A stretch of DNA of 59,684 nt, filler included, from Sluysia triapertura (GCA_046118255.1; 5 parts of 5 records of this genome joined end to end with filler, not necessarily neighbours in it); one strand, 5' to 3'; shown: positions 11,922-26,105, numbered from the whole stretch's first letter. Numbers and translations: made by a program. The notes: generated from the sequence alone by a model not told the origin.

Positions 11922-14218
11922 ATTTGATTTGTATAATTGTTATAGAAAAATATAAAGAGATTCGATTTTATTTGATTTGAATTATTTTAAAAGGGTTATC
12001 TATAAACGAAAAACACAACATATTTTTACAATCTAACTCTTTCTCTTTAAAAAAATCTTTAAATAAAATTACATGAATAAAATTCTTTTGAACATAAATT
12101 TCTTAAATTAAACAAATATTCTTTTTATATCTTTAGATGTTTTATAAAATATTTATTCTGATTCCTATTGACTTTCTTAAAGGTATTTGTATAATCTTAA
12201 ATAAAAATGTTAAAGAATGTTTACATTTTGATTATGATGTTTTAAAGTGATTTTGAAATGTGAATTTGATGTTTTTCGATGATATTAAAGATTGAGTGTT
12301 GAATGATTGTGAACTTGGAATGTTTTCGATTAATTTTGAAATGTAAATTGTAAATTTGAGATGTAAATTGTGATTCTAGTGTTGTAAAATTGTGAATTTT
12401 CAATTTGTATTTTTACAATTTTATTTTACGTCATGACAATTTATGGATGCATTCGTGTAAAACCATAAAGTATTATGCATTACTTTTGCATTGAATTTTT
12501 TTATTTTATGATAAATACTTTAACAGTTATAAGTGAATAGTCTGTAATGTCTTCGAAAAGCGAATACGAATAGCAAAATCGTCAAATGCCATTTCCGATG
12601 GAATGACCGAGCTCCTCACGTTAATACAATAATATTTGTTCGTAATTTTTAATCAAACATTTATCAACCATTTTTATTGTTCATGCATAAAAACATATCA
12701 CTGATTTGCAAACATATATTTTTAAAAGTACGTTGTTATGTTAATTACATTAATTTGTTGGTTAATACAAAGTTTTGTTTTTAATTCAATTATTTCGTTC
12801 GAATTAAATTTTATGAATTTTATCGAAGGCCTTAAGCCTAAAAATATTGTTACCAAAGTTATTGTTAAATTAAACGTTTATGACGACAAAAAAACTATAA
12901 AAATAAGTTCGATGTTGTAAAGTTACAAATAAGACAATAAAATCTCCTTTTATAAGCAAATTTATAAAATGCATCAAGCCTCCACAGTTAATAACAACTC
13001 TATTTGATTCTTATACTTTATTTTAGTAATCTTTCTTTTGTAATAATAAAAAGAAAGTCGGACTCTCTAAAGATTTATTAACTAAATAAATACACAAAAA
13101 GGATTTTACAAAACACCAATTAATGATAATAAATAATAAAAAAAATTATTAAATTCTAGGGTAAATGTCTAATTTTATAAAGCAAATTATCTTTAGCCGA
13201 AAATTAAAGAATAAATAATATAGTTCACGGGTATTTTATGTCTCCTAACAGAGACAGAACTTATAAAAACAAACTTATGAAAATCTTTAGATGACTCATT
13301 TAATATAATAATAGTCTCGATAGTTGGATCAATTTATTCTCCGACGTTTACCGAATTATAATAATTAGTACTCACTAATATACTGATATAGCGTTCACCA
13401 ACGTGATTGAGATTAACTCGTTCCAAAAATCATACGAGAGATAAAAAGTTTAACTTCTTGAAACAATGATTCTTATTTTGTTAGAAACACGTATTTATAT
13501 GAAATCAGTCATCTGCTGTTTGTTTCAGTATTTATTTATTTTATTTAGGAAAAGGTGACATCTAGTTAGATAATATTATTTTGTTTAATTATTGTTATTC
13601 TCTGAAATCAACAGCTGGTTTGTTATTATTATTCTATTTTATTTGTTTTGTTCAAAATTATTATTTTTTAAATTAAAATTATTATTATGTTTTTATTTCA
13701 GATGTCACAGTAATATTTTTGTAAAATTAGTATTTCTTGAGATGCAAAATGCCGAATCGAAAATACAATTGTTATTAAGACGAAAATATTCTTAACAAAA
13801 TAGATTTAACAGAATTTTCAAAACAATCAAGCAATCAAATATATTTCAGATATGTATAACATAGGATAAATAGTAATAAACCCATTTAACTAGATACTTT
13901 CGTAAAGGATTATTGTGGTTATTTTTGTACTAAAAAATCATGATGAATGGCTTTCGATTAAATCCTGCTGAAATATATTACCTGTTACTTATGGACTACA
14001 CTTGATTTTAATATGAATTTTCTATAAAAGTGATTAAGAATTAAGTGATTTTGGTGCCTTATTTTTATTGATAATCCAGGACTTTTTGGTTAATGGAGAT
14101 ATATGAAATCGTAATACAATTATTCTAAAACTTCTTCTTAAATGCTTAAATCTTAATAATGATTCTCAAATTTTTCTTAAATACTTAATCTTTAATTTTA
14201 TATTGTTTCAATTCTGGT

Positions 14219-14235
14219 CCTCACTCTGGGCACCA
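14219..14235 (-). promoter_or_regulatory. Primer-binding site, elongator tRNA-Met-like
   Basis: TGGTGCCCAGAGTGAGG lies 10 nt after an LTR-like end (...CCCACA). It is complementary to a tRNA 3' end CCTCACTCTGGGCACCA. Confidence 0.6.
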
Positions 14236-14245
14236 GTTTATTCTA

Positions 14246-14620
14246 TGTGGGATTCTTAGAATAAAGTAGGATTTTAACGTGAGTCCACCAACGTATCAGT
14301 TTACTAGTTATGGCTAGCCGTTGGATTTATAGATTTAATTGAAAGGATTTTCACTAAGGAAAATATCTTAATATCTGCTTAAGTTTACAAATGCTCTAAA
14401 GTTAAGATCTGTGTGTATCTAATTAGTTTTCTTAAATTTTATAAGAACAATCAGATCTAGATTTGGAGGTATTTTAACAATTTCAATTATAACAATAAAA
14501 TCGTTTACAAATGATTTTTCGAAAATCCTATTAAAAGGATTTGTGTTGAGATGAATGATTTTACGTGGTCAAAATTATGCTTTGACTCAAAAATTTTACT
14601 CTTAGTGGTAAATTTATGTA
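14246..14620 (-). mobile_element. LTR (family C), homologous to 36300-36497 and 39300-39597
   Basis: Shared core aaatccaacggct...tacgttg...tcac...ttattcta in all three copies. This copy and the 39597 copy end in CCCACA. The far boundary is approximate. Confidence 0.6.
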
Positions 14621-16228
14621 TTTTAAAACTATGAAAGTTAATATTTAATCACAAATAATGAAAACGTTCTTTCGTGAATTTACATTTATCAAAATGTAAA
14701 AATAAGAACAATAATAAATTTATAAAATTTTACAGTAATTAACTATTAGTTAATTAAATCCTTAAATAAAAACAGATTTTTCGAGAAACTGTTAAAAGTT
14801 TCAAGTTGTATTAAATGTACTTTGAGTGTATTTTACGGATATACTGTGTTAGTATCGAGCCTTAAAATAAAATAAACTAACGTTACAAAATTAAATTAAT
14901 GAAAAGCAAAGATTGGTTAAAGTCGATCTGAAATAATGTACGACGGCGTGCAACTGTATTAAGACTTGAGAGATCCGTACAAATTCTGTATTTGTTTATC
15001 GTAAAAAATTTTTGTGAAATAATGTGAAAATGTGTGACTTTTTATACTTGTTTCAGATCGACCTTGGCTTTTAAATTTAAACAAATAAGAATATTAAATT
15101 AAATATTAAATTTAAATATTAAATTAAACGAATAAGAATATTGAATAATACATTTATTCTTTTTAAATTTAAATTAGTTCCAAAATTGTTAATAATTGTA
15201 ATAATTCCGAAATTGTTAATAATAATTGTAAATTCAAATAATTATAAAAATCAATAATATTAATTATGTTATTCATAATGTTATGCACAAATAAAAATCG
15301 ATCATAATATACACAATACACAAATGTAATTTTGTTCAATCTAATAATCAAGGATCAATTAATTGTACTTTGTAGAACAATACAAAACGATTGTCAATTA
15401 CAAAATTAATAACCAAGAATCATCCAGTTGATGTAGCAGCTTGTCTTGGTGTACCATGAAAAATCGCCGAATCATCATAGTAAATATAAGAAAAAATGTA
15501 CTTACTCTTGTATTAAGTACTAGTTTATCTGAGTTAATATTATAAATAATAACTATCAATGTTACATAAATAATCATTGAATCACTCTATTAATTGTTTA
15601 CAGAACCCCCACTGATACTGCAATCAATAAAATAATTTCTTAATTACACTTAAAAATATTTTGAGGATTTAAAGATGTATTTTCTTAGTTTTATCTTTAA
15701 TAGAAGATACAATATAACCTTTATTATTAGTAGATATATACATGCTTTGATCACTATCAAATTTCTTTGATTTTAACTTGATTGTGTTTCCATTTTTAAT
15801 TCGTTTAATGCTTATATTTTCCAATTCTCGTCTTTCATTTGTGCTTTTAATGATTTAGTAGAACTGTGCGATAATTTTTTGTATCATTTCCGATATCTTA
15901 CTACCTATTGATTTATTATATTGAAATTTAATATAGGTAAAGTAGATGATTAATCGTCATTTTTATAATGTACCAGTTCTAATTTATTTGAATATTTATT
16001 TACAATTTAATCTTCATTTGTACTTATATTATTATCTGATTTATCATGAATACAATTTATGTTCAACTGATGGACTTGTTTAGGTTTTCACTGTTTATTC
16101 ATAGTTTCATAAATGTTCCCGAAATATTATAATGCATGATTTATTTTAAACGATTTTGAGTATTTATTTAATGAAATTTTTGTGAAATTACTTTAGAAAA
16201 AGCAAAATTATTTTAGTTTCAGAAGTAT

Positions 16229-16385
16229 TATTGGGATATAGGCCTGAGGTACCACTTAGTATGGTTGACTATTCTAACCTAAAAATTGTTAGACGGGGAC
16301 TGATATCTCAGTGGTAGAGCATCGAACTGCGCAGCTAGAGATCCCGGGTTCGGTCCCCGGTCAGTCCATTTTACGAAGTCTAACA
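16229..16385 (+). mobile_element. tRNA-containing solo mini-LTR, TSD GTAT
   Basis: T(a)TTGGGATATAGGCC...TGTTAGAC-tRNA-like-TTTT-ACGAAGTCTAACA with gtat on both sides. Confidence 0.9.
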
Positions 16386-16574
16386 GTATTATAATGAAAG
16401 ACTTATTCTAAGCAATTTGAACAATATGATGAAATAGGCACAAGTGGTATTAATAGAAATAATAACAATAAAATTAGCGATAAAATAAGAGAAACAATAA
16501 AGAGATATATACATGAATACAAATATACATACAAACAAGAAGAAACCAAATCTTTCAACAACGATAATAATATG

Positions 16575-16576
<2 letters not shown>

Positions 16577-16645
<69 letters not shown>
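16577..16645. repeat. (TTA)n microsatellite
   Basis: Pure run. Confidence 0.95.
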
Positions 16646-18539
16646 GGACTGCGTTTGACTAGGGGTTTGATGTGTTTTAGTTTATTTAATAACATGTTTA
16701 AGGAAAATATGTTTAAGTTTGTTTGTGAGTTGATTTGGAGTTAAATTATAAAGTTAAATTTTTTGCATTATAATGAGCGTACTGAGTAAAAGTATATATC
16801 AAATTGATGCTCATTGACGTTTCAAAAGATTCAAACGATATGATTTAAAATAAGCTTAATATTTGATTAGATTTATATTCAATTTAAATTGATGTATTAT
16901 TGTATCAATTGTGGTGGTTCAATCACAATGAACATCAACAAAAAATTCACACACATAACGAACTAAACTTTTAAAACATTTAAACAGCTCACTATATAAA
17001 ATCTTTCAACTTTAAAATAAATTTTACAAAAGAATAAATAATATTGCTGGTATTTTCTTATACTTTTGCAAATTATTTATAATTACTATGGTCCGCTTAC
17101 GATATACGATTTAAACCTAAGGAGACGTATTCGTAAGTAACAGCATTTAAACTCAAGATTTTCTCTGAAAATATCCTACATATATTTCCTTCAGCAATAG
17201 AAATTATCTTATTCTTGCAAAACTTCTGAGGGTTTTCTATTAAATTAGTCTGTTAATTTATATTCAAACTATTTTAAGCTCTATGTAATAATTATTTATC
17301 GTTTACGAAACCTTTATTTATTCCTTTAATTTTTTAACTTTTCGTTTAAATATGAGTTCAGCTTGAGCAGCGGTTCTATAAAATTCCTTATTCTTATACG
17401 TGTAAATATAAATATATACTTGTAAATATATATCCTTTGTGACTCTTACTTATTTAATCGCATATAACTCGCACATAATACTTTAATATTTAATATTTTT
17501 TTCCTTTTTTAAATAACTGACCATTTTAATTAAATCTTAACTATGTTTATCTTCTGTTGTAAATTAAGTTTAATTCAAAATCTATTAGGCGACAAATTAT
17601 TCAATAAAATGGATTAAACGTTGTTTTCTATTAATACTTTAATGATCTTACTAGCTTCAGAGTTATAGTTTAAAATATTATGTATGAATTTTATTTGCTT
17701 TAATTCTAAATCTGTTTCTTTTCTTTTCCAAATGTAACAAAATAGCACCAAAATCCGAAAATACATTAATAAAAACAAATTATTCAAAATATTAAAAATA
17801 ATATATAGTTATTACTAGAAAATAAATTCAGATATAATTAAAGATTTTAAAAAATGATTTTATGTTTAGTCTAAACTAAACTTGCTATTCAAAATTTACG
17901 TATTATTTTGCATCTCCTAACAGAGATAAAACTTATCATAAAAAGCTTACTCATAATTCAAAAATTCGGCCACAGATAAAAATGATTTTGTTTGAATAAT
18001 GCCGGAACCAAATCCAATAGCGTAACTCAGAATACATACTAAATCGGATAATTACACCAGAAACAAATCGATTAATCGCCAAGTAAATTGATTACCAAAT
18101 TAAACAGTCCCACCAATGAAAGTGATCCAGTAAATAAGGAGTAATTGATTAAATACAAAATAACTTTGTAATTCGTGGTAAAATTCCAATTAGTTTAATA
18201 TTGAACTTGTGACCTGTCTTTCGAGAGTGACTATTTTGTACTAATAATAATGATTATTCACTAACAAATATTTATTTTTAGATATCCGCAAAGTCAATTA
18301 AGGTAATTATTTTTATTAATATGAAATTAATAATCATTTATTTTTAGAAAAAGGTGATTTACGGTTGATTTTTTATTATTTTTTTAATTTTATTATTTCA
18401 GCTTCAAGTACCTGGACCTAGAATACTAACAATATGATAAATATATTTCTCTAAAAGTATACCGAGTTTATATGAAGTTTAAGTAAAAATAAATAAGCAG
18501 TAATTTGCATGATGACTAACAATTTATTTGGTTCACTTA

Positions 18540-19200
18540 CAGTCCAATCCAAGTTACTCAGTCGATTTGGTCTCCATATTTTAATAACTAATGATTCTCC
18601 GCTTTCCTCAAAAGCACAACTCCATTCACTATACTCTGATTTTCATTAACTTATCATTTATTTGTTTTTATGCTTCCCTTCGAACTTCTTTATAAGGATC
18701 ACAACTTAAACGAATAATCTTGTCAATTAAATCGAAAGCAATTTTTTCATAATGATCAATTAGAAAGAGATGAAAATCTTTATATATTTTTCCCTATCAA
18801 ATACTCGTGTCCTCTTAAATGAAATCAATTTCTAATTGATAATCACTCCTAAATAAAGGCACAATTATATTTTTAAACGTAATATCGCTTTTATTTTAAC
18901 ACAAGATCGTATTTTATCAGCTTTTATAACAGCAAGTAATGATCTAATAATATCAGGAGTAATCTCCATTTTTATTTTCAATCGCCAGTCTTGGTTTGAA
19001 TCTAAATAATGCAGTAAAAAGCCAGTTAAGTAACCAAGCAATGCAAATTTGGATATAATATACCTATTATACATTTTTAAGAAAATTAATTTAAACAAAT
19101 TCAATATATTCGCCGAATAATCCAAATCTAAACCTGAAAAATTATCGTCCCTTTTATTTTTCGATTTTAAGTAATTTTCCATGAAATTAGTCATTTCTGT
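18540..19200 (-). mobile_element. Highly decayed LTR-retrotransposon reverse transcriptase fragment
   Basis: RYIISKFALLG...FLLHYLDS...IRSLLAVIKADKIR...LYLGVII follows the order of the RT FGL, YxDD and YLG motifs. Confidence 0.4.
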
Positions 19201-19721
19201 AGTGAAATATTTACTATCGCATATTTCAATGTAAAAATAATTGTTTTAAATTTCTAATAATCTGCAAACACTTATTTAAAATATAAAAATGATTGAATAT
19301 TATTTTAAGATAATGTCTATTTATAATCATGTACTACATTAAGATTACTATTAAGACTGAATCTTTCAGAAAATTAGATACGATTTTGAGAGATAATGTT
19401 TCTATTTTATAAATTTTGATTAAACGATATTGTGCAATTTTGAAAAGTAAATCATTTTTATTTACTAATTTTTGGCTTTTTTACTGGCTTATTTACTAAT
19501 TCTTGCATCACAATTCTTTCTTCGATGACGAATGATAAATTATGCAATAATCAATGGTATGTAACTATTAATTATTAAATCGTTAATTATTGTCTTTATT
19601 TAGAATAAATTTTTCTTTAATTCTTTCATCTTACATGATTTTGAATATAAATACAACATATATGTAATTAAGTCAAGGATGGAAATGATCTGTAAAATCG
19701 TGTTATTACTATGACGTAGTT

Positions 19722-20363
19722 CAAATGTGCTCAAACTAGGGAGCGACCCCCCGGACGGGGGGCGCGTGTTAATAATTTGGGGGCACTAAAAATTTTAAAA
19801 TTGTTAGATTTTACAAGGTTTTGTTTTTAATTTGAATATTTTGTTTTTTACCAATTCAAATAATTCCATCATTTAACTCCTTAATTTATGTTCTTGATTT
19901 AGAACAATCATCAAGAATAAAATTTCAAAGCAAATAAACTTACAAATTGTACATGTGCACTAGAGATGTTATGCTTTTTGGCATTCTGCTATTTTTTAGC
20001 TGTTAAATAAAAATAATGTTATTTAACATTATCGCAGTCGCGAAATAGCAGCTATTAAATAACAGCGACGTGTTAAAAAAATGTTAATATTTCACAGAAG
20101 CGAAATATTAACAGACATAATATTACATTTCTGATATAAAGAATTAAACTTTAATTTTTCTTTATTTTTGTTAAAGAGTTAGAACTGTTTTCATAATATT
20201 TAATTTATAAGAAACGGAAAAATACATTTTGTTACTAAAAAGGAGTTTATTTTATTTATGAAGTTTTTTTCGCAGTGGCGTTATGATTTTTTTATTAAAT
20301 TGGGGGCGCCAAAAATAAATATGTTGAAATAGGGTCGCAACTTAAAAAGTTTGTGCACGCCTG
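19722..20363. mobile_element. hAT-type MITE
   Basis: Imperfect TIRs caaatgtgctcaaact / (reverse) caggcgtgcacaaact. The 8-bp flanks acgtagtt and atatagtt match at 6/8. GC-rich subterminal motifs are present. Confidence 0.75.
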
Positions 20364-21643
20364 ATATAGTTAAAAGGTTGAAGTTGGGATAACTTCTAGA
20401 ATAAAGTTGTAAAATTATTGAGTATAAAAGTGGTAAGATAGTTAAGGGTGTATGGGACAAGATGTGAGAATTCTTGATGACGTTTGTTGAGTGGTTTATG
20501 GATTAAAGATATTTCTTTTTTACTGTTGAGTTTTTTCTTTGTTTCTTTATTTAATATCTTCAATTGTATAATTTGTGGTTTGATTACTTAATTTTTTAGT
20601 AATACCTGCATAATGAATGCCTAGTGCAAAGTTCTTATTGAACGATTTAAGGTAAAAATATTATATTGGGTGATGCTTAATTTTAAATATGAAAGTGACT
20701 TATTATGCGTACCTTTATATGATTTTATCAATCGTTTATAAATATTTATATATAGCATGATGTGATTGTCACTATATTCCATTAACCACAAAATTCGATA
20801 GCAACTATAAGTTTTATTATAAAATTGAGAACATATAGGTAAGATCATTAAACCGAAGAAAAATTAAATGCAGAACAGATCAGCTGTTAAGTTTACAGTA
20901 TGAAATTCCTTTTATTTTATCAAAATACTTAAACATTTAATTATCTTGTTACCTACTTTTAAGTTTTTGATACGATGCCGTTTGTTTCATAATATTTTTG
21001 ACGCTAATTAAATGTAATACATCAGGATGTTTCTTACATCCCAATTTTAATTTGTCGTCTGACATTAGTAGCATTAAATAAAAGTTAATTTTACTTACAA
21101 TTTTATTATCAAGCAGCACAATTATAATTATTATCCCAAATTTAATTTCAACACAAAAACTTACAACATAAGTAAACAAATTAACTTTATTTGCATAAGA
21201 TACAAATTTCTCAATAAGTTATTCAAGGACATGTTCGTTAAATGTAAGCTCCAATTAAGTGTACTGTTTAAAAATCTAAAAGCGGCATATCGTGGATACA
21301 ACAAAAACTTAAAATTTATATTTCATCACAATTCAATAATCAAATAATTTTAATACACTAAAATTCAATTAAAAAAGACATACTCTAAATAAAATAATTC
21401 CTAAAAATAAAAGTAATTTATTAATACTTTTTGGAGAACAATTAAATACAAGATTAGGGGTTGAAATTCAATAGGTATTTACACTCACTCAATATGAGAT
21501 CACTTTTGATTCTCTTATAATTTCTGTCACCACATATCATTTATTTCAACCACAAAAAAGCAAATAACAAACAAAAATAACAAATTAAAATATAAATTGC
21601 AATAGCGTTGCATAACATTACAACATTGAATTAAAACGAGCTC

Positions 21644-22307
21644 TTATATTTTGTAAGTATACTTTGCTCTACTACTAGACTTGTTCTGAATATCTGTGTG
21701 AGATGTGTAATCAATTTGAATCTGAATATTGAGCGCTTCCTTTATTTTAATGCCAATTCGTTTAATAGCATCCTCAGATTTACAATCAGTTGTCCAAACG
21801 CTAAGTCGGTCACCCTTTCCTCTGATGTTTACAACAGCACCGCATATTTCATCAGAATCATCTTCGAATGTTTCACCAACTAATAACATCAAGATTTCCA
21901 ACCAACATGGATCTAAATTGGAGCTTCTTTGATGTTTTTCAAATGTCAATAACCACATACCCCCATTTTTATTCTTTTCATCTTCCCACATTGGTTGTAT
22001 CGAATCTTTGAACACATAGTAATCACATCCTAGAGGTAATCTGGATGGAGGAGCTATATGATTCATTAAACCCCAAAAATCTTCAACAGTTTCAAAATCA
22101 ATCACTTTTTTCATGTTTTCAATCCATGCTTTGGTGCGGTCATTTTTAAAGAAATAAAACGCCCATCTAATAAAATAAACTACGAAAGAAAAATAAATAC
22201 TTATTTTGTAAATAATGTACTTCACCATCGATGTTATTCTTAATTGTCTCACTTTCTTCTTCTACTTCTAAAGTATTTAACTTATTTATAACGCCTTCTT
22301 CATTCAT
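21644..22307 (-). CDS. eIF4E: Eukaryotic translation initiation factor 4E (class I), 209 aa, two coding exons
   Basis: Exons 22307-22201 and 22166-21644 with a 34-nt GT-AG intron. Motifs HYLQNKWAFYFFKND, FETVEDFWGL, IQPMWED, GGMW, ICGAVVNIRGKGDRLSVW. The ORF-track N-terminus reads through the intron and is wrong. Confidence 0.96.
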
Positions 22308-23182
22308 CTAAAATACAAAAATATGTGAAAAACGTAATATCATCGTGTACATAAAATTAATAAACCAACCTCACTAAACAACAAAATTCGAATAATAAAG
22401 TATTAAAAATTAAAACAAAAAGATAAATTAAAAAGTTTAAGTTTTAATATAAATAATTAAACATAGTTGTAAATATAATTTACTTTTATAATTAATAAGT
22501 ATTTTTATATGTTATTAGTATTAATTTTGTATACACTTTAATTTGAGCAGTTTTTATGTAGACTTCTTAATAATATATTATTATATTATAATTATTAGAT
22601 TCTTTAACTCAAATATATAAAAAAGTAAGTAATATACAGCAATAAGTTAACAAAATTTAACGCTTACTTTATGGTATGTTTTGATTAAAATTTGAGATTA
22701 TTATTAAATATTTTTGTATAATTTAAAAACGAAAAAGATTGAAATTTATATTGATAATCATTATGTACAATATAACAAAAAGCTAAAAATTAATTAAAAA
22801 CAACAGTGACAAAATTTCTCAATAAATAATGACTAGGTGTGCTGAAAGTTTCGCTTTTAAGCTTTAAAGCAAAATAGTTTTAACTTAAAGCTATTCAAAA
22901 AATTTAAGTTTATTAAATTAGTGGTATCTACACTTAAGGTTTGCTTTATTCATATTCAGTGCTGTTTTGCTTTATACACTTACATAACTTATAATTTGCA
23001 TAACTTATACGCTTGATTATAAAAAATTAAATTAATATTTTTAACATGAAAAATTTTTAGTGTTTTATGCAGAAATATAATATAATCAATAAAAAGATTC
23101 TATTAACAATGAAAAGCATAATTCCACATAATTTTTGTTTTAGTCTGCTTCCAGGACCACTACTTCAATCACTTTATGATTA

Positions 23183-23311
23183 TGTTGAGGTTTAGGCCTA
23201 AAGTGCCAATTAGAATAATGATAGTATAATTGATTATAATTAAATAAAATTGTTAGACAGGGCTGATAGCTCAGTGGTCAGAGCATCAATCCATTTAATG
23301 AAAATCCTTAG
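23183..23311 (+). mobile_element. tRNA-containing mini-LTR, degenerate copy
   Basis: tgttgagg...ggcctaaagtgcca...tgttagacagggctgatagctcagtggtcagagc; the 3' half is deleted or eroded. Confidence 0.8.
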
Positions 23312-24105
23312 AAAATCATTATTATATATAAGGGCTATATTCTTACAAAAGACGTACCTATAGGATTTATCTTAAATGTTTTCTTTAAAAGAAAAAGAAA
23401 GAACTTTGAGGGTGCATAACACCTAGATAAACAGCCAGTAACAATATACTCTTCCTTTATGCAAGTTATGTGTTTTGCTTCGAGTTATTAAACTTTAATG
23501 GCTAAAGTTTTTAGCAATCTTTTAATAGTACAAACGATTTATTTCTATCTTGCAGTAATGTTTTCTATGTTATTGTTAAATTTTTCTTTTTATCTTTCTA
23601 GAACTGTTTGATTCTTTATCAATCAAAATAAATAAGTAAATAAATAATAGTCCAAAGTATATTCACAAAATCACATGAAAGAAATTGCTCGAAGGCAATA
23701 TTTGTTAGTCTAATACTTGGTTTTAATCTTGAATAATATGGATATTGCTGTGGTTTTCTTAAAATAAAATTGAGCAGGGTCCGGCTATAGTAAGCGTCTT
23801 ATAACTAGTAGTTGGCACTTCTATAGCTTATAAGTATACAAATTATGCTTATCTTATTTTACTTACACTATCTAGAGGGTCAAAAATTTATGCTTTTACT
23901 AAAAAATAACTAGAAATGGAATTTTTATTATTAAACTACACAATAATATTAATTAAGACAATAATAATAATACTAATAGAAAGGTAAGTTAAAAATCAAA
24001 ATTTGAATAAATATTTGATTATTTTAGATTTAAATATTTTAATAAAAAGATTCCTCTCAGTAAATCGAGGAAGGAAAATGATCAATTAATTATTTTGAGT
24101 CTAAT

Positions 24106-24205
24106 NNNNNNNNNNNNNNNNNNNNNNNNNNNNNNNNNNNNNNNNNNNNTTAATTAATTAANNNNNNNNNNNNNNNNNNNNNNNNNNNNNNNNNNNNNNN
24201 NNNNN
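24106..24205. other. Assembly linker
   Basis: N44-TTAATTAATTAA-N44. Confidence 0.97.
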
Positions 24206-25624
24206 GTCGAATATTATATAACGATAAAAATTATAATTTTAATTCGAATTTTTGAGAAGATATAAATCGTAATAATAATAATAGTTCATGATTGTTAAAT
24301 GAGATGATCGTGTTTACTTCTGAATGAGTTTAATAGTTCGTTTAGTAGCCTGTGTATGTGTGTATCGTTTTTAAGTGATAGACTGTGATGAACTTTATGA
24401 TGGATACCGTATGACGAGTTCCCTACAAACCTCTTTTTAACAGTTTCAAATTACAACCACAAACGTTAATCATGTTGCCGAATCTTCACCTTGGGTTTGA
24501 AAAGTTCAAAAGTTTCTCCACGGTTTTGAAAAGCAAAAAAAGTTATCTTCCAATGGATGTTGCAACTTTATGTTCATCAAGCACAGACGAAAAAGTTGTA
24601 GACGTAATGTATCTATATAATATCACCGTATTCTGTTTACTTATTATTTTGTAAAGAATTTTGTTAAAGTTTGGCAAAATAATTGTTGCGTCTTTTAATT
24701 CAGATTAATAACAATAACTCAATAATAAAGTTTTAATTTTGTTATTTCCTTAGTAATTCTTTATTATTAACCAATTTAATTCAATTTAATATTAAATTTA
24801 AAATTTGGTAAAATTAAAAAGATTCGAACTCAATTACATTCAATATAACATAAATATTTTGTTTCTGTTAAAAGAAAACTAAACAATAATAATTTATGCA
24901 GATAGTAATTCTTATTTCTTTTCTTATTTCTTAAGTATTTTCTTCTTATTTAAATTCGTAAGTATTCCTTTTTTTACTTTTTCATTATCCAATCATTCTC
25001 TCACACATATTATCACAACCGACAATCATAACATGGTATGGTCTGTCAAACGTTATTAGATATGTGGTGGTACAGCCTCATAGATTACATGCACTACACT
25101 TACTTTAATCAGAAACCATACAAATTTCATTACAAAATTCACACTAAAATAAAGTCCATTCGTAATCCTTACACTATTACACCTTTCATAATTAACAAAA
25201 CTTAGACGTATAACAAACTCTAACATTTTTTAATATTCTGTTTATCGATATATAAGTAACACGTGTCGTCACGTCATCATCACGTCAACACCACTCTTTT
25301 AGTGTATCCTTTTTGTTCTACCACGTGATATTAAATATTAGCAAAGTGACTTTCTAATCACCTTAGTTCATTTTATACTTTTATGTATTCCTTTTCATGC
25401 AAGTTGGTACAGCAGATTCTAATCCAAATCCGACATTTAATTTTTTTTGTTGCAACAATTTAGACACTGCTACAAAGCAACTTTTCAATTTGAAATTTAT
25501 TAGTCCAGATGATGTAGTTATAAAAGCAGAAGTAATAGAAATTTTAAAAGATTGCTTAAAAATAATTTAATTACGCCAAAAGGAAAAATTGTTTTAATAT
25601 ATTTTGTTTTAATAATTGGTACTA

Positions 25625-26105
25625 TATTAATTTAATACAAAGATTTAATGTTTGGCGATGAACTATGTTCTGATTCCGATCCTATGAAATTGGTTGATTA
25701 TATAGTATATGAATTTGAAGGTAAACGGATAACCATAGTGAATGAAATTAGTGATGATTTAATTGGAGGTAACGCTTTGCAAGAAGAAGCCGTCGAAATG
25801 TCTGAAGACAGTTATGAATATGTGATGAACATTACACACAAACGTAAATTGAAAGAAACTACGTTTACCAAGAAGTTTTATAGTTTATATATCACAGATT
25901 ATTTGGAAAAGCTACTCTCTTTGCTGGGAAGCAACAACCCCGAAAGATAGCCCCTGCTTATGTTAGTACTATTTTAAAAATTTTTGATAATTATCAATTT
26001 TGTACTGGCGAATTAATGATTGCTGATGCAACTGTCATGTTGTTGAATTATCGAGAAGATCAGATTATTCCTTATTTCATTAATGTTAAGTAAGGTGTTG
26101 AACGT
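25625..26105 (+). pseudogene. TPT1: Translationally controlled tumour protein pseudogene (intronless)
   Basis: YKDLMFGDELCSDSDPMKLVDYIVYEFEGK, LIGGNALQEEA, TKKFYSLYITDYLEKL, NYQFCTGELM...LLNYRED. No start codon; several in-frame stops. Confidence 0.92.

Noticed and set aside
15420-15480. PARP-like catalytic motif (IFHGT)
   Set aside because: No following G-x-Y-F motif; too short to support.
16229-16385. Ordinary tRNA-derived SINE
   Set aside because: It has a conserved upstream arm, TG...CA-type ends, a fixed 4-bp TSD, no tail, and a paired copy with a PBS.
12738-16577. Short hydrophobic Ile/Phe/Leu-rich ORFs as membrane proteins
   Set aside because: They are expected by chance from AT-rich low-complexity DNA and show no motifs.
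21698-21932. Plus-strand ORFs of 61 and 67 aa; likewise 11394-11579 and 49001-49183
   Set aside because: These are antisense shadows of eIF4E, the K+ channel exons and the GPCR.
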